Assembly: GCA_963726265.1 (NCBI GenBank)
Contig: CAVSBQ010000002.1
Location: 544,001 to 608,000, forward strand
DNA length: 64,000 nt
Source: Candidatus Aenigmatarchaeota archaeon
GTDB taxonomy: Archaea > Aenigmatarchaeota > Aenigmatarchaeia > QMZP01 > QMZT01
Reading direction: 5' to 3'
In this document: positions 11,001 through 18,964 of the stretch, piece by piece
How positions within the stretch are numbered: the first letter of the stretch is position 1
Layout of the letters: each line of letters opens with the position of its first letter
The notes under the pieces: generated by a model
Seen by the model: only the letters and a program-made list of their open reading frames with translations
What the model was told of the DNA's origin: nothing
Database searches by the model: none
Program-made: the position numbers and the translations under genes

Positions 11001-12115
11001 ACCGGAAGCCTTGTCGGCGTCGCTGAAATTATGTTTTTCCAGTCGGAGTTCGCAAGAATCAAGGAGCGATCCGTTGGCTCTGGAACTTGAGGTTCAGGTG
11101 GCTCGGGTGGCGGTAAATCTGTTATGATATACGTCGGCTCGCTTGGCGTGAATTTCCTTACTTTGTATGTGTCCCAGTAGAAGGTTGATTTCTGTGGACC
11201 CCACCAATCTCCAAACACACTTCTTAATGGATGTAACAATCCATATTCCCAAGCATCTGGGGATTTTGAAACTAATTTATTATCTATGTAAATGAAATAA
11301 TTCGTGCCATTCCAGTATATCCCGAATAAGTGCCAGCCTAATGTTGATGGAAATTTTGTATCATAATTATTTAGAATGAGACCATATCTTGCTGTGTAAT
11401 TTTTGACATTGCTACTTTCAAAATAACCGACACCTACGTTTTTAAATTGTCCTCCTGGTTCATCCGCATCTGTCTCAAATGTCTGTATCTGGTCTTCTGG
11501 TAAATTTTCTTTTGTGTCGTAGAAATAGATTTCATAAATATATGAAGGATGTGGTATATCTGTTCTTTTTAAAACGGCCTTCCCATCGGAATTCCCAAAT
11601 ATCTTAACACACGTCTCACCAGTTTTATTATAAATATTAGAAATTGATATTTCAGAGCCCGGAGATTTTTCAACTATGGTCCATTGATTGAGGTCGTTGA
11701 AATCATCAAACAAGGGAAATACACTGCTCCCGTTGCTCTTGCTCTCGGCGTTTTCGTTGCCATAATATATTATCACTGTTGCATTCGAATTCGAAGGGAC
11801 GAATGGCACTTTGATCCAAACGTCTGCATAATTTCCGTCGATTTTTTCCTGTATCCAATAGGGAATTTCGAACTCCTGAATAGAGCTTGCATTGTAGTAA
11901 GTGAATCTCAAGTCATCAAAATCCGGTTGCATTGAATCGTTATAGTCTATTTCCAGCAAAATCTGGTAATCTGTCAGATCATTGCCTGAATTTTCATAGA
12001 CACTTATCATCTTTGCGTATTGCCAATCGGAATTCGGCCAATCACCCGGATACGCATAAACGCTTCCCGCTATTAAGAAGAACGCCAAAACCGAAAAAAT
12101 AAAAAATATTTTCAT
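8003..12115 (-). CDS. 1370-aa secreted multidomain surface protein: DUF2341, lectin-like, Pro linker, CWB2-like, C25-peptidase-like and Ig-like regions
   Basis: Signal peptide; DFDDLRFT/YWIQE/VWIKVP/IYYGN (DUF2341); PPPEPPEPQVPEP; SDIMYGDVNRDGRFELATGRL and LFADP (C25-like). Confidence 0.7.
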   Translation of the reverse strand: MKIFFIFSVLAFFLIAGSVYAYPGDWPNSDWQYAKMISVYENSGNDLTDYQILLEIDYNDSMQPDFDDLRFTYYNASSIQEFEIPYWIQEKIDGNYADVWIKVPFVPSNSNATVIIYYGNENAESKSNGSSVFPLFDDFNDLNQWTIVEKSPGSEISISNIYNKTGETCVKIFGNSDGKAVLKRTDIPHPSYIYEIYFYDTKENLPEDQIQTFETDADEPGGQFKNVGVGYFESSNVKNYTARYGLILNNYDTKFPSTLGWHLFGIYWNGTNYFIYIDNKLVSKSPDAWEYGLLHPLRSVFGDWWGPQKSTFYWDTYKVRKFTPSEPTYIITDLPPPEPPEPQVPEPTDRSLILANSDWKNIISATPTRLPVIVSDSLTAEVEKFINEYGPDYIYTLGFSLDLNNSYEIQYTQIPELFFPDVTQAVYAADKTKAILGSNLAYYLGLPIIFEQDLHYEIIDIESKTIEDIQDLYVQKLKENGDNTDYLVLANFDSAESEIAGYLAGIRRGFIIPIFNSSSWHALEQIKESIAYLGSNGMFSESLDYKKGGPLYLAILGNGSSVSFWKIPDIGSEIFDDKDGDFIYSDIMYGDVNRDGRFELATGRLDGLTSKTTLNLARQRLPVGNKAVLIGEYRHGKFADMLFAFGGMSQVLILDKMILKSMETERIVEKRIDAPRINGDMDDLLKDVAKIAVSERLGRIFGWFWKLPSFADLGITVMYSLFEFDWDPWLSHPGGFPDHLPVIDGNLNEHFHDADVVGYFGLGDKYWTIPPEDRNWLELYLNTYGRSTNFTEINFSGFLYDDHDISAESEIKRQVQAQGGEVLGSSGVIHDPYTTITSASFFNGLESGKSLGEAFSDVMNVNPADRSIAAVLYPSHPLTKSNAYLCVKDLIERILFADPAYKPVSIRAKTVATEQSFSVTPSGSFSITADVKSNYTIQNRSLTVFNADSYLTEQERPVIPVFVREFVLPTNSILESVKVKPAYLRERGLEKNIIYNDSYYTNYTVLLIDCMSELGLGNEEPSEHDEAKLVACIKEKAEPVIAYPYPNETYWFTTQELLDDRQIVYVYLPAIIHDNRFVSRVLEEAEITVEYDAQLEMDVETNDIGLDQDENLQVILFNQGEEVSGELFIWADGNNDSWDFKENVTIPFNSSVAREFSFKPSYKGTYSVKVLFVSESITIGPRNSYFKVGGLDFELGKKFVPQEVRLFRKKYFPPINFPEIRIRSTDVMNITSIEISDAMPAGFRVPGYNSFRRIETEGETFETDERIPVFVFLASEKGKGHGLFGKKLRMLKREYYNASIIDGRVFIKTEDFSRTNFGRDIGKEDVLVIKYLILSDKAESQDSLTTETNATAFSGEVSLEKAVLAELRVK

Positions 12116-12155
12116 TATTTTTTAATTGCAGAGGTTATTTATAAACTTTTCTATA

Positions 12156-12171
12156 AAATGTTTAAACATTT
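12156..12171. promoter_or_regulatory. Perfect 16-bp palindrome AAATGTTTAAACATTT in divergent promoter region
   Basis: Seen directly; contains a TATA-like TTTAAA core; function inferred. Confidence 0.4.
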
Positions 12172-12275
12172 ACGTAAAATATATAAACATATGGGCTTTG
12201 AACCCTAAAACGAATGTGGCGAGAAAAATGAAATATGATAAATCAATTTAAAAAAAGACTTCATTAAAAGGAACT

Positions 12276-13340
12276 ATGCAATACGTAAAGAGAATAAGAA
12301 TATTCACGGGGATGACGTGTAACGTAAGCTGCAGATTTTGCTATTATATAGGCCTTCACAAGGACAGGACAACCGAAAACATAAAGAAGCAGATGGATTT
12401 TGCAAAGAAATACAGCATGGAGCATATCGATTTCTCCGGCGGTGAGCCGACGATGAGGAAGGATTTTGTGGAACTAGTAAAATATGCCAAAAAAAGCGGC
12501 TTCAGAACGATATGCACCCTCACGAACGGCCAGAAGTTCGTTGACATGGATTTTTTAAAGGAATGTGTAGACGCGGGATTGAATGAAATATTGTTTTCAG
12601 TTCATGGGTACGACGAAAAGAATCACGACTGGCTGACCCAGGTTCAGGGTTCGTTTCAAAAGCTGATGAAATCAGTGGAAAACGCAAAGGAACTCGGTAT
12701 AAGGTTCAGAACCAACACGACTGTCACCAAGGCAAACTATAAAAACCTCGCTGACCATGCAAAAATTTTCATAAAGATGAAACCATTGCAGTCAAACTTC
12801 ATTTTATTCAACGACTGGGACTGCGCGGAAAAAGTGGCCAAGGACTTCTCTGTCAAATATTCGATTGCTTCACCGTACCTGAAAAAGGCAATAGACATGA
12901 TGAAGAGTCATGTCAAATACATAAATGTAAGATACATACCATTCTGCTTCATGCTCGGATATGAAAAATATGTCTGTGATTATCCGCAAAAAATATATGA
13001 TTCTTTTGAATGGTCCCAGCGCCTGCTGAGCAGGTTCGGCGATCCGCTGGATTTCAAAAACACGCTGAAGCATTATGGTTTTATCGTCTCAGGTACCTTC
13101 AAATTCAGGCCATCACCCAAATTAAACTGGAAGGATTACATTGAGGACGTTTTCCTCGCCTACAGGAGAAACACATATGTAAAACCGAAGGATATATGCG
13201 GCAAGTGCAAGTTCTACAACATCTGTGACGGCCTTGAACGCTCCTATGCGAAAATAATAGGAACAGGTGAACTCAAGCCGCAGCCCGGTAAAAAAATAAC
13301 TGACCCCGTTTACTTCAGGCGCGAATTTTATGGTGATTAA
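12276..13340 (+). CDS. Radical SAM protein with C-terminal Cys cluster (HxsC-like layout)
   Basis: CNVSCRFC, FSGGEPT, YIPFC, CGKCKFYNICDG. Confidence 0.85.
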   Translation: MQYVKRIRIFTGMTCNVSCRFCYYIGLHKDRTTENIKKQMDFAKKYSMEHIDFSGGEPTMRKDFVELVKYAKKSGFRTICTLTNGQKFVDMDFLKECVDAGLNEILFSVHGYDEKNHDWLTQVQGSFQKLMKSVENAKELGIRFRTNTTVTKANYKNLADHAKIFIKMKPLQSNFILFNDWDCAEKVAKDFSVKYSIASPYLKKAIDMMKSHVKYINVRYIPFCFMLGYEKYVCDYPQKIYDSFEWSQRLLSRFGDPLDFKNTLKHYGFIVSGTFKFRPSPKLNWKDYIEDVFLAYRRNTYVKPKDICGKCKFYNICDGLERSYAKIIGTGELKPQPGKKITDPVYFRREFYGD

Positions 13341-14193
13341 ATTGGAAAGAGTTTCTATTATCGTTCCAGTCTTCAATAGCGAAAAAACCGTGAAAAGATG
13401 CATCGAATCGCTTCTTGACTTAGATTATCCAAAAAACAAACTCGAGATAATTTTCGTTGATGACGGCTCCAAGGATATGACCAAGGAAATAATAAAATCA
13501 TATAGACAAATAAGGTTAGTAGAACAGGAACATCGTGGCCCTGCAGCGACGCGCAATAATGGCTTCCGCAATTCTTCAGGCAATTTCATATTTTTCACCG
13601 ATTCCGACTGCATCGTCCCGAAAAACTGGATAAAAGAAATGCTTGGAAGGTTCGGAAAGGACATAGCGATGGTTGGAGGCGGGCTAGTGCCTTTTTCCCT
13701 TGAAACGCTGAGCGAAAAATTTGAGCAAAATCGGAGAGACAGGTTATATGGCGACAAAAAGCGCTTAATAGAAGCGCTTCCGTCGTGCAACATGGCAATC
13801 AGAAGAGACGTGTTCGAAAAGGTGAAAGGCTTCGACGAGCAGTTCAGATATCCGTCATTCGAGGACTATGACCTTTGTTATCGCATACGTGATTTGGGCT
13901 ACAACATCTTATACGACCCTAAAATTGGCGTAGTGCACCTGCATTCTTCGACATGGAAAGGTGTTTTCAGAAGGGCTTTTATGCACGGTAGAGAAGGTGT
14001 AAAATTTAGAAAAAAAATAAAATTTTTATCAAGTAAGGAAATTTTATTTTTTTTTAAATTATTTTTATTACCATTAATGACACTCAAATATTCTAAGAAA
14101 TTCATATTGGTATCAATGCTATACAATTTCATAACTCTTGTTGGTGAAATATTTGGTATTATTAAATATGGAATGAAACGTGAATTTGAGTGA
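13330..14193 (+). CDS. Glycosyltransferase family 2
   Basis: VSIIVPVFN, VDDGSKD, GPAATRN, FTDSDC, FEDYDL. Confidence 0.92.
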   Translation: MVIKLERVSIIVPVFNSEKTVKRCIESLLDLDYPKNKLEIIFVDDGSKDMTKEIIKSYRQIRLVEQEHRGPAATRNNGFRNSSGNFIFFTDSDCIVPKNWIKEMLGRFGKDIAMVGGGLVPFSLETLSEKFEQNRRDRLYGDKKRLIEALPSCNMAIRRDVFEKVKGFDEQFRYPSFEDYDLCYRIRDLGYNILYDPKIGVVHLHSSTWKGVFRRAFMHGREGVKFRKKIKFLSSKEILFFFKLFLLPLMTLKYSKKFILVSMLYNFITLVGEIFGIIKYGMKREFE

Positions 14194-14198
14194 TATAA

Positions 14199-14876
14199 AT
14201 GAAATCTAGAAATCCTGAAGTCTCCATAATAATAGCTTGCATGAAGAATTCTAAACATCTAGAACGCATAAAACAACAATTGAAAAACCAAACCTATAAA
14301 AATTTTGAAACAATAGTGATTGATAACGATGATCCAGTCGCGAAAAAACGCAATGATGGATTTAAGAAAGCGAGGGGAGAATGGATAATCTTCATAGATG
14401 ATGATATCACAATTCCCTCGAATTGGCTGAAAGAATTTATGGACAATAGAATGAAGAATGCTATAATAGGTGGTCCTCAGTCTAGATTTGAATTCGGTGA
14501 AAGCCACATAGTTTCAACCTGTAATGTTTTAGTGCATAGAGATGTGATGAAAAAGATAAATTTTGATGAGAATTTCAAAAGAGCTGCCCATGAGGATCTA
14601 GATTGGTGCATACAAGCAAAAAAGAAGGGGATTAAAGTGATTAACATATCTAATGCGTGTGTTTATCATATGGGTGGTGGCGGAACACGACTTAATCGTT
14701 TAAAGAAAGAATTTTATTTCGGATCTGAACGTCTAAAAGTTGAAAGAAAATGGGGCAATGTCATATATCCATGGAAAAAACAACTAACCAATAAATTATA
14801 TATTATAATCGGAAATATTTTTCACATAATAGGAATATTCTATGGTTTATTGAAATATAAGATATTGAGAAGATGA
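14199..14876 (+). CDS. Glycosyltransferase family 2
   Basis: VSIII, KRNDG, FIDDDI, HEDLDW. Confidence 0.85.
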   Translation: MKSRNPEVSIIIACMKNSKHLERIKQQLKNQTYKNFETIVIDNDDPVAKKRNDGFKKARGEWIIFIDDDITIPSNWLKEFMDNRMKNAIIGGPQSRFEFGESHIVSTCNVLVHRDVMKKINFDENFKRAAHEDLDWCIQAKKKGIKVINISNACVYHMGGGGTRLNRLKKEFYFGSERLKVERKWGNVIYPWKKQLTNKLYIIIGNIFHIIGIFYGLLKYKILRR

Positions 14877-15853
14877 AAATTAAAAATGCTTTCGGATATG
14901 CAAAAGATTATATTAGAATAAAATGTGGTTTGGAAACACCACTTTCATTGGTTGTGTTCATTTCTGATAGATGTAATTTGAAATGTAGGTTTTGTTTTTG
15001 GTGGAAAGCGGATCGGAAACCACAGGAAATGAGTTTGGAAAAGTATGAAAAGATTGCTAAATCTTTGGTATATCCTCTAAAAAATTTACACATAACGGGC
15101 GGTGAACCATTTTTCCGCGATGATATAGTTGATATTGTTAAAACATTTGTATTGAATAATAAAACTGAAAGTGTAACAATTTCAACTAATGGTACCTTGA
15201 CTGATATAATATTAAAAAGATGTCTAGAGATGAAAAAGTTTGTTCCCAAACTTGATATTTTTCTTTCGCTTGATGGATTCGAAAAAACGCATGATTGGAT
15301 AAGGGGTGTGAAAGGCACTTTTAAGAAGGCATATAAAACTGTGGAATTGTTGACAAAAAATGGAATAAATGTTCATATTTGTGCTACTCTAACAAATGAA
15401 ACCGACGAAGATGAACTTTTAAAATTATCAGAGCATACGGTTAAAAAACTAAATTTGCCTTTTTACGGCGATATTGTAAGAGGTAATCCGAGAATTCCTT
15501 ATATTAAACCTCCAATATTCAACAAAAAATTTTTGAAATTACATGATGAAAAGAAATATGCTTTCGGAAATTACATGATGAAAAGAAAGTTTGATATCAT
15601 TGATAGAAAATTTAAATTTAATTGTGTTGCGGGTAATTTTGCAGGTGTAATTTATTCTAATGGTGATATATCGATATGTGAACTTGTCAAACCGTTTGGT
15701 AATCTTAAAGAAACAAATTTCAATTTTAGAAAGTTGTGGAAAAAACGTCCTAAAGTTCCTAAAGGATGTGCATGCACAGAGGGTTGTTTCATGAGTCCTT
15801 CGTTGTATTATAGTTTGCATTATATCAAAAATAGAAAGTTTAGAGCCAGATGA
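14873..15853 (+). CDS. Radical SAM protein with SPASM/twitch domain
   Basis: CNLKCRFC, ITGGEP, SLDG, HDWIRGV, CVAG...CEL...CACTEGC. Confidence 0.88.
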   Translation: MKIKNAFGYAKDYIRIKCGLETPLSLVVFISDRCNLKCRFCFWWKADRKPQEMSLEKYEKIAKSLVYPLKNLHITGGEPFFRDDIVDIVKTFVLNNKTESVTISTNGTLTDIILKRCLEMKKFVPKLDIFLSLDGFEKTHDWIRGVKGTFKKAYKTVELLTKNGINVHICATLTNETDEDELLKLSEHTVKKLNLPFYGDIVRGNPRIPYIKPPIFNKKFLKLHDEKKYAFGNYMMKRKFDIIDRKFKFNCVAGNFAGVIYSNGDISICELVKPFGNLKETNFNFRKLWKKRPKVPKGCACTEGCFMSPSLYYSLHYIKNRKFRAR

Positions 15854-15902
15854 AAAAAATTATAGTTTAAATTTGTCATTTTAAAACCAGTGAAGTGTGA
15901 TT

Positions 15903-16913
15903 ATGAAAAATCCAAAAGTCTCGATTATAATAATAAATTATAATGGTAAGGAATATCTGAAAAACTGTCTGGAATCGATCAAAAAAAATACAAAATATCC
16001 GAATTATGAAGTTGTGGTAGTTGATAATCACTCAAACGATAAAAGTGTAGAAATGATTAAAGAAAAATTTCCAAATGTGAAAGTTATCGAAAATAAAAAA
16101 AATTATGCTTTCGCCGGTGCATCTAACATAGGAATCAAAAAAACCAATGGTAAATATGTTGTTTTATTGGATAATGATACAATTGTTTATCTATCTTGGC
16201 TTTCTAAACTCGTTGAAACTGCAGAAAATAATGAAAAAATTGGTATAGTATCTTCCTTTATTATACGCAAAGGTTTGTATGATTATTACAAAGGAAAGGT
16301 TTCATGGAATGACGATAAAATAACAAAAGTTATAATGAACGATTTTCGTAAAAAATATCCTGCATTAAAACGAATTGGTAAATTTTCACATGTCTCGGTC
16401 ACGGCCACTCTTTTAAGGCGTAGTCTATTTGATAAGATAGGCCCTTTCAGTGACTATACGTTTCTATTTTGGGAAGACACCGAACTCTGTTGGAGAGCTG
16501 TTCTGTGCGGATATACCGTTCTTTGCGATTTTAATTCATTAGTATTTCATTACGGTGGAGGTACGCATAAAAATAATCCTATTTGGACTTATGAAAAAAC
16601 CAAAAATAGAATCTATACTTATTTAAAGTTACTTGATTGGTATCATTCCTTGCTATATACTTTCATGGTTTTAATACAAAATTTTGGCGGGATGATAACT
16701 GATATAAAAACAGTCAAACCGCGTTTAAGAGCTTTCGTGCAGATTTTGAAAGATATCAAATTAATCCTGAATGAAAGAAAAAAATTTGAAAGGATAAAAA
16801 CTGTGGATACCAAAAAATTAATTAATTTGATGAAAAAAAGCTACAAATTTGAAGAAATAAGAGTAGCGTATGAAAAAAGTTATTATGGAATTCGTGATGA
16901 ATTGAATTATTAG
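15903..16913 (+). CDS. Glycosyltransferase family 2 (WbbL/rhamnosyltransferase-like)
   Basis: VSIIIINYNG, VVDNHSND, LLDND, WEDTELC. Confidence 0.88.
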   Translation: MKNPKVSIIIINYNGKEYLKNCLESIKKNTKYPNYEVVVVDNHSNDKSVEMIKEKFPNVKVIENKKNYAFAGASNIGIKKTNGKYVVLLDNDTIVYLSWLSKLVETAENNEKIGIVSSFIIRKGLYDYYKGKVSWNDDKITKVIMNDFRKKYPALKRIGKFSHVSVTATLLRRSLFDKIGPFSDYTFLFWEDTELCWRAVLCGYTVLCDFNSLVFHYGGGTHKNNPIWTYEKTKNRIYTYLKLLDWYHSLLYTFMVLIQNFGGMITDIKTVKPRLRAFVQILKDIKLILNERKKFERIKTVDTKKLINLMKKSYKFEEIRVAYEKSYYGIRDELNY

Positions 16914-17089
16914 ATTTATGTATGTTAATAATCATCGATATAAATTCATAGAAAACAATTATGTATTTCTAACATCATTTATTTTTAATCAGTGGAAAAT
17001 GGCGATAAATATCGCAATTCATGCCTAATTTTAAGATATGGGATATTATTGCTCCGTACTTTTAAATCTCTTCATAATATACATAGAAC

Positions 17090-18964
17090 ATGGCGGGAAT
17101 AGTTGGTATAATCCATAAAGAAGGGGTTATAAATAAATCTCAAAAAAATCTGTTTAACCGCATGTATAATTCAATCAGGCATGAAAAATGGTACAAAATT
17201 GATAAATATGTTGATGGGAAATTTGCAATCGCAAGAGTGCACTTAGGTATAATAAATTCAGAGACACAACCCATTTTCAATGAGAATAAAAATTTATGCA
17301 TATTTATGGATGGTGAAATTTTTGATTATGAAAGAGAAATGCAAAAACTGATTCTGAATGGTCATAAGTTTAAAATTAAAAATGATGCTGAGTTTTGTTT
17401 ACATTTTTATGAGGAATTTGGTGAAAAATCCTTTTACAAATTGAATGGCTCTTATGTTATAATTATAGTGGATATAAAGAATAAAATGGTTTTAATTGTC
17501 AATGATCGTTATGGTCTAAGACCAATATATTATGCTAAAAGAAATGGTAAATTAATCTTTGCTTCTGAGGTTAAGGCCTTTTTGGAGGATGCGTCATTTA
17601 AAAGAGATTTAAACGAAGATTCTATAGCAGAATTTCTGAACTTCGGACAGTTACTTGGAAATAAAACATTTTTCAGGGAAATTGTATTGCTGCCACCAGC
17701 ATCAGTTTTAGAGTGGAAGCATGGAAAAGTTTTCGTAAAAAAATATTATGAGTTTGGAAATTTTAAAACTACCAATCTTTCTGATGAAAAATACTCTGAG
17801 ATTGCTCTTTCCTTATTTAAAGACGCCACCAAAAGAATGTCTAATAAAAATGATAATCTTGCAGTTGCTTTAACCGGTGGTTTAGATTCGCGTTTGGTTT
17901 TGGGCTCATTTGAAAATGATATTGTAAATCAAGTTGAAACCTTTACCTTTGTTTTTGATGGAATGGATGCAACACCTAAAATTGCAAAAAAAATAGCAAA
18001 GATATGCAATGTAGAAAATGTTCAATTAAAATTAACTCCAGAGATATTTTTGAAATATCTAAAGAGAGGTATTTTTCTAACTGATGGGATGAATCCTATT
18101 TATGATAATATAAATATGCTACCACTAATCGATAAACTTGAGGGCAAAATACTAATCAATGGTTTTTTGATGGATGCTATATTTGGCGGAGGTTATATAA
18201 AGAAGAATTATTTTGAAACAAATAATATAGAATCATTTAAAAAAATGATGTACAAAGAAGTTTCTCTTCCAAGCGAACAACTGGTTAAACTATTAAATAG
18301 AGACATAATTGATAAAGCGCATAAAAGTTTCAATTCTGAGTTTGAAAAATATATCAAAAATTTCCAATCACGTGCATCATCAGCACTTTATTTCAAAATT
18401 GAAAACAGAGGCAGAAGGAGAATTGGCAGCATTTTAATAGCAATTAGATGGAGAGCAGAGTTTAGAAATCCTTCATATGACTACAATTTTATGGATTTTG
18501 TAATGTCTATACCTAAAGAAAAATTAATGGATCGAAAAATACAGATAAAATCGATTAAAAAGTTAAATCCTGACTTAGCAAAAATAAAAAATAATCACAC
18601 GAACATGAGTGCCGATGCTTCTAACTTCACGAAATTTGTTGCAAGTATGATAACAAATAAATATGCTAAATTTAAAAAATTTTTAGAATTTAACACACAT
18701 GGAAAAATATCCATACCTGGTGGGTCCGATTATCCCGATTATGGTAAATGGTTCAGAGAAACTAAAGAGTTGAAAAATTTTGTCATGAAGATTCTTTTGG
18801 ATGAAAAAACAATAAAGAGAAAATATTTTAATGGAAAGTTTATTGTGAAAATGATAAACGATCATATGAATTATAAAAAGGATTATACACAGCTCATATG
18901 CATACTTTTAACTTTTGAATTGTGGTATAGAATTTTTATAGAGGGTGAGAGTATACGTGACTGA
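17090..18964 (+). CDS. Asparagine synthase-like ATP-dependent amide ligase lacking the Ntn Cys
   Basis: MAGIVG N-terminus, DGEIFD, DRYGLRPIYY, FASEVK, LTGGLDSR. Confidence 0.85.
   Translation: MAGIVGIIHKEGVINKSQKNLFNRMYNSIRHEKWYKIDKYVDGKFAIARVHLGIINSETQPIFNENKNLCIFMDGEIFDYEREMQKLILNGHKFKIKNDAEFCLHFYEEFGEKSFYKLNGSYVIIIVDIKNKMVLIVNDRYGLRPIYYAKRNGKLIFASEVKAFLEDASFKRDLNEDSIAEFLNFGQLLGNKTFFREIVLLPPASVLEWKHGKVFVKKYYEFGNFKTTNLSDEKYSEIALSLFKDATKRMSNKNDNLAVALTGGLDSRLVLGSFENDIVNQVETFTFVFDGMDATPKIAKKIAKICNVENVQLKLTPEIFLKYLKRGIFLTDGMNPIYDNINMLPLIDKLEGKILINGFLMDAIFGGGYIKKNYFETNNIESFKKMMYKEVSLPSEQLVKLLNRDIIDKAHKSFNSEFEKYIKNFQSRASSALYFKIENRGRRRIGSILIAIRWRAEFRNPSYDYNFMDFVMSIPKEKLMDRKIQIKSIKKLNPDLAKIKNNHTNMSADASNFTKFVASMITNKYAKFKKFLEFNTHGKISIPGGSDYPDYGKWFRETKELKNFVMKILLDEKTIKRKYFNGKFIVKMINDHMNYKKDYTQLICILLTFELWYRIFIEGESIRD

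Noticed and set aside
11075..11086. VPEP motif in the giant protein as a PEP-CTERM sorting signal for the nearby archaeosortase
   Set aside because: It is internal, part of a Pro-rich linker, and not followed by a TM helix and basic tail; the real C-terminus has no TM segment.
14047..14055. T9 homopolymer in a GT2 gene as a phase-variation tract
   Set aside because: The frame is intact and such runs are expected in very AT-rich DNA.
12180..18964. RiPP or lasso peptide cluster (radical SAM plus asparagine-synthase-like cyclase)
   Set aside because: No precursor ORF, RRE or B-type protease seen; the context is entirely glycan biosynthesis.
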